Notes: generated from the sequence alone by a model not told the origin. A stretch of 63,649 nucleotides of DNA, filler included, from Reclinomonas americana ATCC 50394 (GCA_048213135.1; 15 parts of 15 records of this genome joined end to end with filler, not necessarily neighbours in it), one strand, 5' to 3'; positions 21,384 to 39,217 are shown, counted from the whole stretch's first letter. Numbers and translations are program-made.

Positions 21384-23491
21384 GGAAGAGATTCAGCGTG
21401 TGGAGCAGCAGATTGATGACGTGGAGCAGAAGATCAATCGGGTCGAACTGGAGTTGGCGCAGTCGTCGTCGTCGTTGTCGCCCAGCGAAGTGCAGTACTT
21501 GCGCGAGAAAGAGCGGCAGCTGCGAGAGAAAGAGCGGCAGCTGCGCGAGGACAAGCGACAGCTGCGCGAGGAGCACATTATCAAAATCAACCTCGACATG
21601 CGGACCTCCGACAAGAGTTGCTTCCACTCTTGCCTCCTTTTCTCTCTCTCTCTCTTGTGTGTGCTATGTGTCTCACTCTCTCTCTCACTCTTCTGTCACT
21701 CCCCCTCTCTTATCTGTCTCTTTCACTCTCTCACTTCCTCTCTCTCACTCTCCTTCTCTCTCTCATTCTCTCTCCGTTCCCCTTCTCCCCTTGTCTCAAA
21801 CTCTCTCCCTCACGCTCTCTCTCTCTCTCTCAGTCTCTCTCTCTCTTCCTTTCTCTCTCACTCTTCTGTTCTCACTGGTCTCTCTCTCTCTCTCATGCTA
21901 AGGTTGCTCACTTCCCACCCCCGTCCTCTCCCTTTCTTTGCCAGGCGGAAACCTGATCCATCCAGCGTCAGACACATTTCCCACGTACGATGCCATTCGC
22001 CGCTCTCATTTGTTTAGTCTCGACCCCGCCACCAACACCCTCGTCGCCGTCGCCCGGGTGGAGGACGCCACGGCCATCACGCTTCCCGACGGTGCGAAAT
22101 GGCCGTCGCTCGAGTCCCCCACCATCTTTGTTCGCGACTTTTACCACCGCCTCTTCACCGAGTACTTTGGCGAGCTCGACCCGGCGCGCAGCCGCCATGG
22201 CTTGTATCGATGGGCTGTCACGGGTACACCTGGCATCTCCAAGTCGGCGTTTGGCTTGTATGTGTTGTATCGCGCCGTGTGCATGGGCAAGCGCATTATC
22301 TACGAGCCGGCCAGCCGCCGCGCTCGCCTGCTCACGCCGCACCAGGGTGAGCGTACTGGCCCTGACGGCGAACTGCTGCTGGAGCAATTTGGACCGGTGG
22401 ATTTGAACCTGGTGGACGGCCGCAAGCCCTTCCAGTTCTCGTCCACGGAAAGCAAGTTCACGCTGCTGGTGTCGTCGCCCAACCGCGCCATCTACAAGGA
22501 GTTCCTCAAATGGCCGGGCTCGATGCAGGTCTATTTGCCGGTGTACGAAGAGCAAGAGATGGACCAGCTGCGTCAGGTGGCCTTCCCAACGGTGCAGCGA
22601 CGCGACATGATGGAGCGCATGGCTAAGTGGGGTGGAGTGCCGCGACACGTGCTGTCGCTCGGCGATACGGAACAGCAGCAGCATCTGGTGCATTCGCTGA
22701 GTCAGGTGGTGGCGAGCGATTTGCTGGCGATTCCCTCCTTGATGGAGGCTGGCGATCGCGAGAACATCGTTCATCGCCTGGCGCACTTTGAGGTTGATCG
22801 GAAGGTCTTTAAGACCGCCGGGTACCGCTTTGCTTCGTTGTTTGTGATGCGCGCGCTGCTGGAGCGGTGGGAGCGACAAGCCGGCCGAGATGCGCGCCTC
22901 TTCCTGCGCATGGCACTGGACCATGAATTCGCCGGTGGTGCCTACGGCGACTTGTTCGAGGGTATGGCCCACTTGGAGCTGTAGCGCGGCGGCGAGTTTC
23001 GCTGCCGCCGACTGGTTCAAGGAGGAGGTGGCAGTGAGGAATTCACCCTCACCCTGCCACCCGCGGAGGAGCGCTTCTTCGACAAAGTCAGCGAGATTGA
23101 CGCCGCGGCTGTCGATATCCGGTGGCGGCCGTACTCCAAGACCTTTGCCGCCGTCGACACGATTGGACCAGACGGCTCGCTGGGCAACATGACCATCAAC
23201 ACGGACCACAATATCAAGATTGCGCCGAAGAAGGGGGCGAGCGGAGTGCTGGCTGTGGCCGAGCAATTGGGGTTCTTGCAGGAGGGCGACCGGAGGAGGA
23301 TCAAGTTCTTTTGGCTGGTGCCGGATGTGCGATTTGACAAGTTTGTGGTGCCGCACAAGTTTGAGTTCCCCGTCGACGAGGAGAACGTGCCGAAGGAGCT
23401 GTTGGAGGTGGCCGCGCGGTTGGATCAGTATGTGATGGAGATCAAGACCGATGTGTTTGTGAAGCCAGATGGCCCTGCTGCGGTGCGATAA
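21384..23491 (+). pseudogene. Crinkler/RHS-type (CR) protein: coiled coil + P-loop NTPase + PD-(D/E)xK-like REase, with an in-frame TAG at 22982-22984 (5' start not resolved)
   Basis: The coiled-coil exon EEIQRVEQQIDDVEQKI...YLREKERQLREKERQLRE is spliced (intron 21617-21944) to IFVRDFY...VTGTPGISKS...LVDG...LLVSSP...WGGVPRHVL...HRLAH...FAS...GDLFE. After the TAG the same frame continues RGGEFRCRRL...WRPYSKTFAAVD...NMTINTDHNIK...FFWLVP...QYVMEI to TAA. Confidence 0.8.
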
Positions 23492-24057
23492 ACACTCAAG
23501 GTTGAGTCGCTGTCCTTCCTCCGCTCGTGTGACGTGGTGCATTGAGTTTGTCAAACATTGTACAGGATGCTCACCGTGTATGAGTCTCACTCCTGCGACC
23601 GCTGGTGGATGTCGGCGCCATCTGTCGTGTGCACTGTTGTGCAATAAGTAGGCCGCTGACACTATTAGCGCCACGAAATCCTTTCGAGGCCAACACGCGT
23701 TTGATTGGCTTTGCCTCCTGAAAGGGAAGATGGCTGCTGGAGAAGTAATTATGTGTTTTTTTATGTTGTTGGTGTGCCAAGGTCATTGTCGGTAAGGGAT
23801 TTGTGGCGTTTGGAATGTGGTGAATGATCATGAAGTGTTTTGTTTGAAGGAAGTGTCATCATATCGAACACGAATGTACACTAGAGAGACAGAGAAAGTA
23901 CAAACGCCCTTTGCTGATGCCATTCATGTGTAGTAGCATTGCACACGCAGTTGTCTCCAGAAAACAATGGCATGATATTGTGGAACAATGGACAAATCCG
24001 CTCAAGACGGATATCGCGAGCCACCCTCTCAATCACACACACTTTCACACGGGAGCA

Positions 24058-27000
24058 ATGACAGCCACTGGCGACCTTCAACCACTTCTGCATTCAACTG
24101 CCACTATCCTCCCTCGATCCACGCGATATGCACGCGCTTTGGGTCTCTTTTCATCATCATCATCATCCGAGGAGGATGCAGATGTCAATGTCACGCGACG
24201 CAGGTTTCTGGGATACGGAGCGCCTGTCACACGCAATGACTACGATAATGGGAGGGAAAGTGGAGGAAATGGTGATGATATGGGCGAGTCTGATGATGGT
24301 GATGAGGAGGAGTCAGAGTCGCGCTCTGTGTCGCCGAGTGATGATGCGGGTGTGATGAGGCGGAGAAGGAGGAGGAGGAGGCGGTATTGTCGCGGGTTTT
24401 GGAGTACGCAGTTGCCAATGTGAGTGGAAGGATGAAGGGGAAGGATGATAAAGGGGAAGGATGAAGGGGAAGGATGAAGGGGAAGGATGAAGGGGAAGGA
24501 TGAAGGGGAAGGGAAGGAGGGAGGGAGGGAGAGAGAGAGAGAGAGGAAGGAGACATGAAGAAAAACTATGCGTGCCCGTGACTCTTTTCTTTACGTGTGT
24601 GTGAGAGAGAGAGAGAGCGAGCAAAGAGAGCAGAGAGTGAGAGAGAGAGAGAGAGCAGAGAGAGAGAGAGAGAGAGGAGATGAGGAAGGAAGGAGACAGA
24701 GAGAGAGAGGAGGGAGACATGAGAAGAACTATGCGAGACTCTTTTCTTTCTGTGTGTGTGAGAGAGAGAGAGAGCGAGCAAAGAGAGCAGAGAGAGAGAA
24801 AAAAAGGAGAGAGAGAGGACAGAGTAGAGGGGCAGAAAGCGAAGGAATGACTTTGCTCACTCTCTTTCTCTTTGTTCTGACAATCGCGCGTGAGAGGAAG
24901 AGTGAAGGAGGCGAAACACAGAGGAGAAGAATAGAGAGTTCGAGACTCTTGTCTCTCTGTGCTGTTCTCTCGTGTAGAGAAGAGACAGAAGAGAGGAGCC
25001 GAAAGCCAAGGTAATCTTCTGTTCTCATCCTTCGTGCTCTGTGTTCTTGCATTCTCGCGAGTCGGGCAGAATGAGAGGGAGGGGACTTTGAGAGCGCGAC
25101 TTTCTCCTTAATCTTTGTCTTCTGAGAGACAAGATGTGGAGGGAGGTGAAATAGGGACAGGGGTTGCAAGGTGGTGAGACAATCTCCTTGTCTTTCTCCT
25201 TTCCCCCTCTGTCCTGCGGTTTGGCAGGCACGAGAGAAGAAGTGGATGTGTGAGAAAGCTCAGTGAGACTCTTGTCAATCTGTTCACTATTCTCTGTCAT
25301 TTGTGCGTGAAAGAGAGAGAGAGTGAAGGGGAAACACACAGAGCGAGAAGAGAAACAAGTTGACTCTCATTGCGCTCGTTTGTCTGTCGTGTACAAGGAA
25401 GGGGAGAGGGTGTGGCGTGCCTTCTCTGTATTCTCTTCTGTGCCTTTCTGTGCAGAGGAGGGACAGAAGATAATGGAAGGGAATGGATGAAGGGAGAAGA
25501 GAGAAGAGGGGAAGTTAAAGAGGACAGCAACACTCAGTTCTCTCTTTCTCTCTCGCGCTTTGTTATCTGTTTGTGCGTGCGTAAGAGAAAGATAGAGGGT
25601 GAGAGAGAGAGAGGGCACAGAGAGAGGGTGAGAATATCGATGCAAGCCTCCGTTGTCTCTCTTCTCTCACCCTTCCCCTCCCCCTTACCCCCTTCTCCCC
25701 CTTCTCTCCCTTCCCCTCCCCGCAGCTACATCCTGGCCTTTTGCGAAATGCTCCCCATCTGGTTCCTGCTGGCCCTGCTCCCCGTCAACCCCACCCTCGA
25801 ATCCCTCACCATGTCCGACGTGGCCGTGGTCGTCGCCGGCCTCTTTGTCAGCCAGGTCGTCTTTCTGCCGCTCAGCCACCTCCTCTCCCAGTCGGTGATG
25901 GTGTGGCGCGCCATGATGCTCGGCGGCGCCTTCCTGGAGATCGCCGGCCTGGTGAGCATTGCGCTGCTCAACGAGTACGTGCGCACCAGTCACGAGCGGC
26001 GGTCGCCCAAGTTGCTGCTGATTNNNNNNNNNNNNNNNNNNNNNNNNNNNNNNNNNNNNNNNNNNNNTTAATTAATTAANNNNNNNNNNNNNNNNNNNNN
26101 NNNNNNNNNNNNNNNNNNNNNNNGCGTTGGCCGCCGGGCAGGTGGTGGGGCCAGTTGCGCGAGAGGGGGAAGGGCAGGGGGGGAGGGGGTTGAGGGGAAG
26201 GGGGTGGGAGGGGGAGGGGGGGGGGGGCGGAAGGAGAGTGATATACGCATTTATGTCTTCGATATGTTGTACTCTCTGTTTCGCTCTGATTTATGTGTTT
26301 ATTCATCCTTTTGTCCTCACTCCTCTTGTTTTCTCTATTGTACTGGTTACTTGTGTCCGCAATCATTTTGTGTGTCTGTCTTTGTTTTCTCTCGATGTAT
26401 TTCACTGTTAGTGGTTGTAATCTGCTTGTATTTCTGCCATTCAACTGTGTGTTTGTTTGTTTGTTTGCCTGTCTATTCGTCTCTCAGTTTTTCTCTCTCT
26501 GTCTTCCTCAGCTGCGAGGTGGGGAGGGAAGGGGGTAGGAGAAGGAGGTAGGGCGGGACTAAGCTACACCAGGAGAATGAGAAGAGTACAAAGAAGTACG
26601 GGTAACAATAACAGGTAGAGGCAGACAGACAGACACAAAGACAGACAGACAGACATAATTCTTTTCTGTTTCTTTTTCCATCTTTTTGTCTGTTTGCATG
26701 ATTGTGCATTCTCTCGCAAAGAGTGTCTCTCGCTTATTGTTACTCTCGTGTTCTATGCATTTCTGTCTTTCTCTCTCATAAAATCTATCTCTATCTGTCT
26801 CTCTCTCTCTCAGTTTGTCTGTCAGTCTTTCTTTCTGTCTTTCGATCTCGTTCTCTTTGTTCCTCTCCTTCTTTCTCGAACAGTCTTGTCAGCCGCAGAG
26901 TGTTTTTATCTGTTTTTCTCACATTCTCTCTCCTTGAGTTTTCTCCTCAGTCTGTCTACCTGTCAGCCACGACTTTGTGTTTCTCTCCGCTCCGTGTCCT

Positions 27001-28151
27001 TTCTCTCTCTCTCTCTCTCCCTCATTGCCTGTCTCTCTTTCCTGCTCTCTCACACCCACTCACGCAGGCCTTTGGCGGCCTCCTGTTCCTCCGCCGCGAC
27101 ATGCCGATGATCATCCCGCTCTCCTGCTTCTCGCTGCTCCTCACCACCGCCTACATTACGCTGGCACTGACGATTGGCTCGCGTACGAAACTGGACGGCA
27201 AGGACTACCGCGTGCGCCTGGCCAAGCATCAGGCCATTGTCGATCAGCTGAGCATGGAGGAGGAGACGATACCGGAAGACGCTGTGGCTGCGCGGGTGCG
27301 ACTGTGTCGTCGCTGGGGATGGAGCGTGGCGTCGGTGGTGCAGAGTTGCGTCGAGGGTTTGAAAAGAGACAGGAGTGCCTTCGGCATTCCTGTCTTGGTG
27401 AGCATGCTGATTGTCGGTGGCCTCCTTCCTCCGGCTTGCATGTGTGCAATCACAAGCACCGTGAGTTCTCGCACTCTATTTCTTTGCTTCTCTTTGTTAT
27501 CTTCGGGAATGCCGAAGGCATTCCTGTCTTGATGAACATGCTGATTGTTGGTGGCCTCCTTCTTCCGGCTTGCATGTGTGCAATAACAAGCACCAAGATT
27601 CTCGCACTCTATTTCTTTGCTTCTCTTTGTTATCTTCGGGAATGCCGAAGGCATTCCTGTCTTGATGAACGTTCTGATTGTCGGTGGCCTGCTTCCTTTG
27701 GCTTGCATGTGCGCAATAACAAGCACCGAGAGTTCTCGCGCTCTATTTCTTTGCTTCTCTTTGTTACCTTCAGGATGCCGAAGGCATTTCTGTCTTGATG
27801 AACGTGCTGGTTGTTGGTGGCCTCCTTCTTTGGCTTGCATTTGTGTAACAGCAAGCACCATGAGTTCTTGCACTCTATTTCTTTGCTTCTCTTTGTCGTC
27901 TTCAGGAATGCCGAAGGCATTTCTGTCTTCATGAACGTGCTGATTGTTGATGGCCTCCTTCCTTTGGCTTGCATGTGTGCAATACCAAGCACCGTGAGTT
28001 CTCGCACTCTATTTCTTTGCGTCTCTTTGTTGTCCTCAGGAACTGTCTTGATGTTTGAGTTTTTTTCACTGGTGGCTCTGAGTGCTTGCCTTTGTTCTCC
28101 TCTCACTCGCATACATGCACGCACCGCTCACTGCTGGTTTTCTTTGCTTCC

Positions 28152-28183
<32 letters not shown>

Positions 28184-30351
28184 TTGCCTGAGCAGCAGCC
28201 GACATTGAGTTTTCAACAAAACACTCTTCTTATGCTGTTCTTTTTGCATCTCTTTCATTCCTCTCACCCGCTGCACGCTTTCATTCTTTCCAAGACAACA
28301 CGCTGTGCCTCACTCTTACCCTCGCACCAGATACGACCGTGTCGGGCGTCTACTATGCCGTCGTCGGCATGCTGGGTGAGTCACATTCCGTCCACTTCTG
28401 CGACGTGCGCGTCACCCTCTCACTCGTCCATAACAGCGTGGTTCCTGCGCGACACTCGCGACATGGCGCTGGTGTGGACGGGTCTCATGGTGGCACTGGT
28501 GGCGTTTGGGTACTTTGTGGCGCAGCTCGGGTGGGTCGCCGCGACGCCGATTCTGTCCATGTTTTGCCCGCCGGGGTGGATTCGGAGGTTGCTGGCGGCC
28601 ATTGGTGAGGGGAAGGGGGAGAGGGATAGTGAGGGGAGGGGGAAGGGGGAAGGGGGAAGANNNNNNNNNNNNNNNNNNNNNNNNNNNNNNNNNNNNNNNN
28701 NNNNTTAATTAATTAANNNNNNNNNNNNNNNNNNNNNNNNNNNNNNNNNNNNNNNNNNNNGCGAGAGAGAGAGAGAGTCAGAGAGAGATACGGAGAAGGG
28801 AGATGGGGAAAGAGGGAGAGGGAAAGAGCAAAAAAAGAGAGACAACGAGAGAAGGGAGTGAATGTCATGAAAGATCGGGTGCACGAGATGAGGCGCAGAC
28901 AATTGAGCGATCGAGAGTGAAGAGAAGAAGAAATACGGGGAGAAAAGTGAGTGCGAAAGAGAACGAGAATGCAGACAGAGTAAAGAGAAACGAGGAAGGA
29001 ATACACCAAGAGAAGAGCGAGAGAAACGAGAGAAGGTGAGAAAAGCGAAAGGGGAGAGAGAGAGGGAACGAGCAGTGAGAGAGAAATAGGAGAGAAAGAG
29101 AGAAAAGCGAACGGAAAGAGAGGGAAAGATAATGAGGAAGAGAGGCAAGAAGAGAAAAAGCGATAGAAAGAGAAAGTGAGAAGGGTGAACTGAAAGAGAG
29201 GGAAAGAGAAAGAGAAGTAAGAGAGAGAGAGAAAGAGAAAGAGCAAGAGAGAGAGAGAGAGAGAGAGAGAGAAAGTGCGAGAAAGAGAGAATATAGAGAA
29301 GGGCAATCGAGAGAGTGAGGGAAAGAGAGGACATAGAAAACTGAGACCTGAAAAGTCCAAACGAATGGGAAGGTTGAGCGAGGAATGGCAAGGGATTCTT
29401 CTCCTTTTTCTCACTCTTCGTTGTGCAGGTGCCGCATTGGCTGGCTTCATGTTGTGGCTGCTGTATCCGGCGACATTTATGCCCAACATGTCACCTTCTC
29501 CCATGTTTGTGGCGGTGTTCGCGTTTGGCATTTTGGTGCAGGTGAGATGGAGGAGATGTGGCTATTTGTTTATTGAGCCTTCCATTCCTTGGTTCTGTTC
29601 TTGCCCTCCTCTTTCATGGCACTCTGCTTGTCATCCGTTCCGTGGCACTTTGCATTTCCCTTCGTTCCGTTGTACTTTGCATATCCTCCGTTGCTTGGTC
29701 CGCTGCTTGCCTTCACTCTGTTTTCCTTCTGTTTCTTGCATCCAGCTTGCCCACCGTTTCTTCGTATATATTCATATTCTTCTGCAATCCTGCATGCCTT
29801 GCACTCTTCTCCCATCTCATTGCTCTCTTCCCTCCCTTTCCCTTTCCTCATCCCTCCCTTCCCCTTCTCTCCCTCTCCCCCTTCCGCAGCTCTCCGACAT
29901 TGTCACCGTCGGCGACATATACCCACCCTCACTCCACAAACTGCACGTGGAGGGCGACTCGCTGGCCGACCGACTTGAGGCACTGGCGGATCGTGGCACC
30001 GGCGACGACGACGATGCCGTGCGCGTGCAAGAGGCGACGCTGAAGCTGCGCGCCCGCCTCCAGCTGCTGGTCATGGAGATGGATCGGCGGCGCGTCATGG
30101 CCGACGTCGTCTCCAACGGCGTGGCCACGGTGTGTCGGGCGATTGGCGCCTCGTTTGGGTTGCTGGCGGGCGCCTATCTGGTGGAGTCGCGCGGATTTTG
30201 GTGGAGCGGCACGGCGTTGGGGTTCACGTTGTATGGAGTGGCGGCAGTTGCCTTGTTATGTGGTGGTGCCGGGTATGTGGTGGCGTGGATGGTGCGGGCG
30301 TGTCGGGGGAGGGGTGTGAAGAAGGGGAAGGAGGTGGAGGAGGGGTGGTAA
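24058..30351 (+). CDS. MFS-type membrane transporter (multi-exon, spans two spacers)
   Basis: Hydrophobic exons at 25726-26023, 27068-27460, ~28331-28604, 29429-29541 and 29890-30351. Spliced junctions give QLPI|YILAF and the MFS-like motif ALAAGQVVGP|AFGGLLF; the C-terminal part has AIGASFGLLAGAYLV. Exon 1 is acidic and hydrophilic. Confidence 0.7.
27378..28050. repeat. 133-bp tandem repeat, 5 copies, starting at the 3' end of an MFS exon
   Basis: Units start at about 27378, 27511, 27644, 27777 and 27910 (gccgaaggcattcctgtcttgatgaac...ctatttctttgcttctctttg). Confidence 0.92.
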
Positions 30352-30759
30352 ATTTTGTGAAGGAGAATGGGAAAGGGTGGGGGAGGGAAAGTGTGGTGAT
30401 GGCATAGAGTGGATGTGAAAGGAGTGGATGTTGGAGGAGTGGTAATCGGAGGAATGGAGATTGCAAAGACTGGGGATGTAGTGGGTTGAGATTGTCAAGA
30501 GTTGAGATCGCACACCGTGGGATGCAAAGTGTGGAAACTGCATAGAGCGTCGATCGATAATGCAGAAAGTGGTGAGGAGATGCAGGGCTTCGACGATTGC
30601 TTCGTGGATTAAGGCAGTGAAGCCACAAAGCTGCAAGATCACAGAATAGCAATGACGCGGAATGAGTCCTCGAAATCCTCAATTATCAAGCTACAGTGCA
30701 CTTTGCGCTACTTTTGATGTACAGAACGAGCAGTAGCTCACACTCGTGTCGTTCGCTCA

Positions 30760-31921
30760 TCATCTGCGTCTCTAGCTCGAAAGCTGCAGCGTTCGAATAC
30801 AGAGACGTGAAGTCGATATCGAAATCTTCAATCTCAACCCCAGCTCAACGCACTTCGCGCTTATGCGGTTACAAAGTACAAAGCACGAAGCTTACACACG
30901 CGTAGCTCGTTCGGCATCTGACAAGTGAGCATATGAAAGACCACATTGCATTGATGTGTCCCGCCACATATTCTCGACGTCGTCACTCTCACGCGAGAAG
31001 ACAATACAGTCTCTCAGTGTCGTTCTTCTGATTCTCCCTCCCCCTGTCTGTGTGCGTTTGAGTCTCTTCTTTGCGCTCTCCTCTCCCGAGAGCTGCAATG
31101 TTCGAATACATGCAGCGCTGCGAAGTCAACATCCAAATCTCAACCCCAGCTCGACGCACTTCGCGCTTATGCGGTTACAAAGTACCAACCACGAAGCTCA
31201 CACACGTGTAGCTCGTTCGCCATCTGACAAGTGAGCACTTGAAAGACCAGCATTGCATTGACATGTCCTGCCACGCATTCTCATCACTCTCACGCGCGCG
31301 AAGACAACACAGCCTCTCAGTGTTGTGCTTCTGATTCTCCCTCCCCCTGTCTCTGTGTATTTGAGTCTCTCTGCGCTCTCCTCTCCCGAGAGCAGCAATG
31401 TTCGAATAAGGAGACGCGAAGTCAATATCGAAATCTCAACCCCAGCTCAACGCACTTCTCGCTTATGCGGTTACAAAATACAAAGCAGGAAGCTTACACA
31501 CGTGTAGCTCGTTCGGCATCTGACAAGTGAGCATATGAAAGACCACTTGCATTGACGAGTCCCGCCACGTATTCTCGTCTTCTCTCTGGCGCGCGAAGAC
31601 AACACAGTCTCAGTGCTGTGCTTCTGAGCCACTCCCTCTGTTTGTGTGTGGTTTCGTCTGTCTGCGCTCTCCTCTCCCGAGAGCAGCACTGTTCGAATAA
31701 GGAGACGCGAAGTCGATATCGAAATTAAATCTCAACCCCAGCTCAACGCCCTTCGCTCTTATGCGGTTACACAAGTACAAAGCACGAAGTTTACACACGT
31801 GTAGCTCGTTCGCCATCTGACAAGTGAGCATAAAGCATTGCATTGACGTGTCCTGCCACGTATTCTCGTCACTCTCACGCGCGAAGACAACACAGCCTCT
31901 CAGTGTTGTGCTTCTGAGTAT

Positions 31922-31952
<31 letters not shown>

Positions 31953-32060
31953 CCTGAGTCTCTCTCCCTCTCAGTGTTGTGCTTCTGTCTGTCTGTCTGT
32001 CTCAATCTCTCTCTCTCTTATGATCTCCTCTGCGCTCTCCTCTCTTGCGTTTCTCGTGCC
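30760..32060. repeat. ~300-bp tandem repeat, about 4 copies
   Basis: The anchor tctcaaccccagctcaacgcacttc...ttatgcggttaca recurs at about 30833, 31139, 31434 and 31730. Confidence 0.9.
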
Positions 32061-32069
32061 CGAGAGCAG

Positions 32070-37485
<5,416 letters not shown>

Positions 37486-37908
37486 TCAAATTGTTTGTGG
37501 TGTGTTGGGTGTGTTGTTGTTGTTTGTTGCCTACAATCATCTTGTGTTCTTTTCCCACAATGTACTTTGCGATCGAAATCATTGTAAGCGGTGGGGGAGA
37601 GAGGGAATGAGGATGGGGAAGCAAGGAAGAGAGGAGTATGTTTGCGAGGGAATGAGAAAATGGCGCATAAAAAAGATACAGTATTGCACTGCGGCGAATG
37701 AAGTGCATTGCTTCAATTGTTCGTGTCCACTCACGAAGATCAGCCAGGCCAGACGGATGATTGTCCGCCTGTAGTTACACGTGGCGTACATCGATGTGCA
37801 CGTCCACCACGTCCGTGTGCCAGCTGCATCGACAACGAACTGAACGATCGTGGCTTGATAAAAGATCATGATACACTTGAGACCTCCCCTCAGCCCCTCT
37901 GATCATGC

Positions 37909-38340
37909 TCACACGGCTGCCTGCGCAGGTGCAGGCGCTCCTGCTGTCGCATCTTGCTCGTCCTCGTACTGGCAACAGCAGGGCCAGCCGAAAAAGATTA
38001 AAGCCAACGCCCAAAACAAGATAATGATGACTGAGAGGACCAAGTACAGCGCCGTGATGAAGATCGCGTACGCAAACACCACGGGGGCGCAAAATTGGAG
38101 AGCGCAGTTGTTGCCCTCGCTGACGTTGTGCTTGCAGTCTTCAACGCTGGCCTTCCAAGCAGACCACTTCATGTTCGTCGCCCAGAGGTCCTTGAACCAG
38201 CGGTGGACCTTGGACGGCATGTGTCGTTGTCAGTGCGTTCGTGGATGTAGAGGAGAGTTGCGCCAGATGGTACGATCTAGACCACGCCTAGGTGCGCGCC
38301 CCTGGCAGATGACTTTTTTGGACACGCGGCCGAGAAAGTA
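37909..38340 (-). CDS. Hypothetical small membrane protein (last exon(s) only)
   Basis: ORF 37909..38220 has a long hydrophobic segment (VVFAYAIFITALYLVLSVIIILFWALALIFFG) followed by CCC, and an acceptor-like site with a CTGAC branch upstream. Confidence 0.5.
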
Positions 38341-38389
38341 GAAGGAGAACGACTGGAGCGAGCAACTCACCAATCTATCCTCTCTCGCA

Positions 38390-39140
38390 CGTCTACAAAT
38401 GGTGGACTGCGAGCAACACGCTATGAAAGGAGAAGCGGAGCACACATAGCAGGGCAGAGGAGGAGCAGAGCAAGGAAAGAAGGAGCATAGCAGAGCAGGG
38501 GAGAGCAGCCCTTGACTCGCCACTTCCAGTCGATTCTCTTCACCAATGAGGCACGCTGCATTCAGCGGCCAGCGCAACACAACTACAACGAGTACAGTTC
38601 CATCCATCATCTCGCACGTCTGCTGCAGTCCCTTGGAAAACATGGTGAAATATGAGCAACACGCTATGAAAGGAGAAGAGGAGCACACATAGCTGGGCAG
38701 AGGAGGAGCAGAGCAAGGAAAGAAGGAGCAGAGCAGAGCAGGGGAGAGCAGCCCTTGACTCGCCACTTCAAGTCAATTCTCTTCACCAACAAGGCACGCT
38801 GCATTCAGCGGCCAGCGCAACACAACTACAACGAGCACAGTTCCATCGATCTATCCCTTGGAAAACATGGTGAATTGTGCGAAGCACACCATTCTCTTGA
38901 CTCTCCACGCCCAGTCCCTTCTCTTCCCCAATGCGCGCTCCATTAAGCGGCCAGCGCAACACAACTACAACGAGTAAAGTCCCATCGATCCTCTCGTACG
39001 CCTCTGGTATCCCTTGGAAAACACAATGAGGCGTGAGAACAACGCCATTGTCTTGACTCTCCACGCCCAGTCAATTCTCTTCACCAATAAGGCACGCTAC
39101 ATTCAGCGGCCAGCGCAACACAACTATAACGAGTACAGTC
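38390..39140. repeat. Nested direct repeats (~243-bp duplication plus a shorter recurring unit)
   Basis: gagcaacacgctatgaaaggagaag occurs at 38411 and 38654. gcggccagcgcaacacaacta occurs four times (about 38565, 38808, 38947, 39105). Confidence 0.85.
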
Positions 39141-39217
39141 ACACAAAAACATTATCACAAACTACGGGGGCGAAATGCTATCTTGCACCACGACCTCGTC
39201 GACTGTGCGACAAGCAG

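Noticed and set aside
22982..22984. UAG reassignment to Gln (alternative genetic code)
   Set aside because: I found only one in-frame TAG across many kilobases of coding sequence. TAG appears to be the real terminator of the DUF2415-type gene (60222) and probably of MLH3 (51867).
21968..23674. 568-aa antisense ORF over the CR gene
   Set aside because: It is a shadow ORF caused by GC-rich codon usage on the sense strand and has no recognisable motifs.
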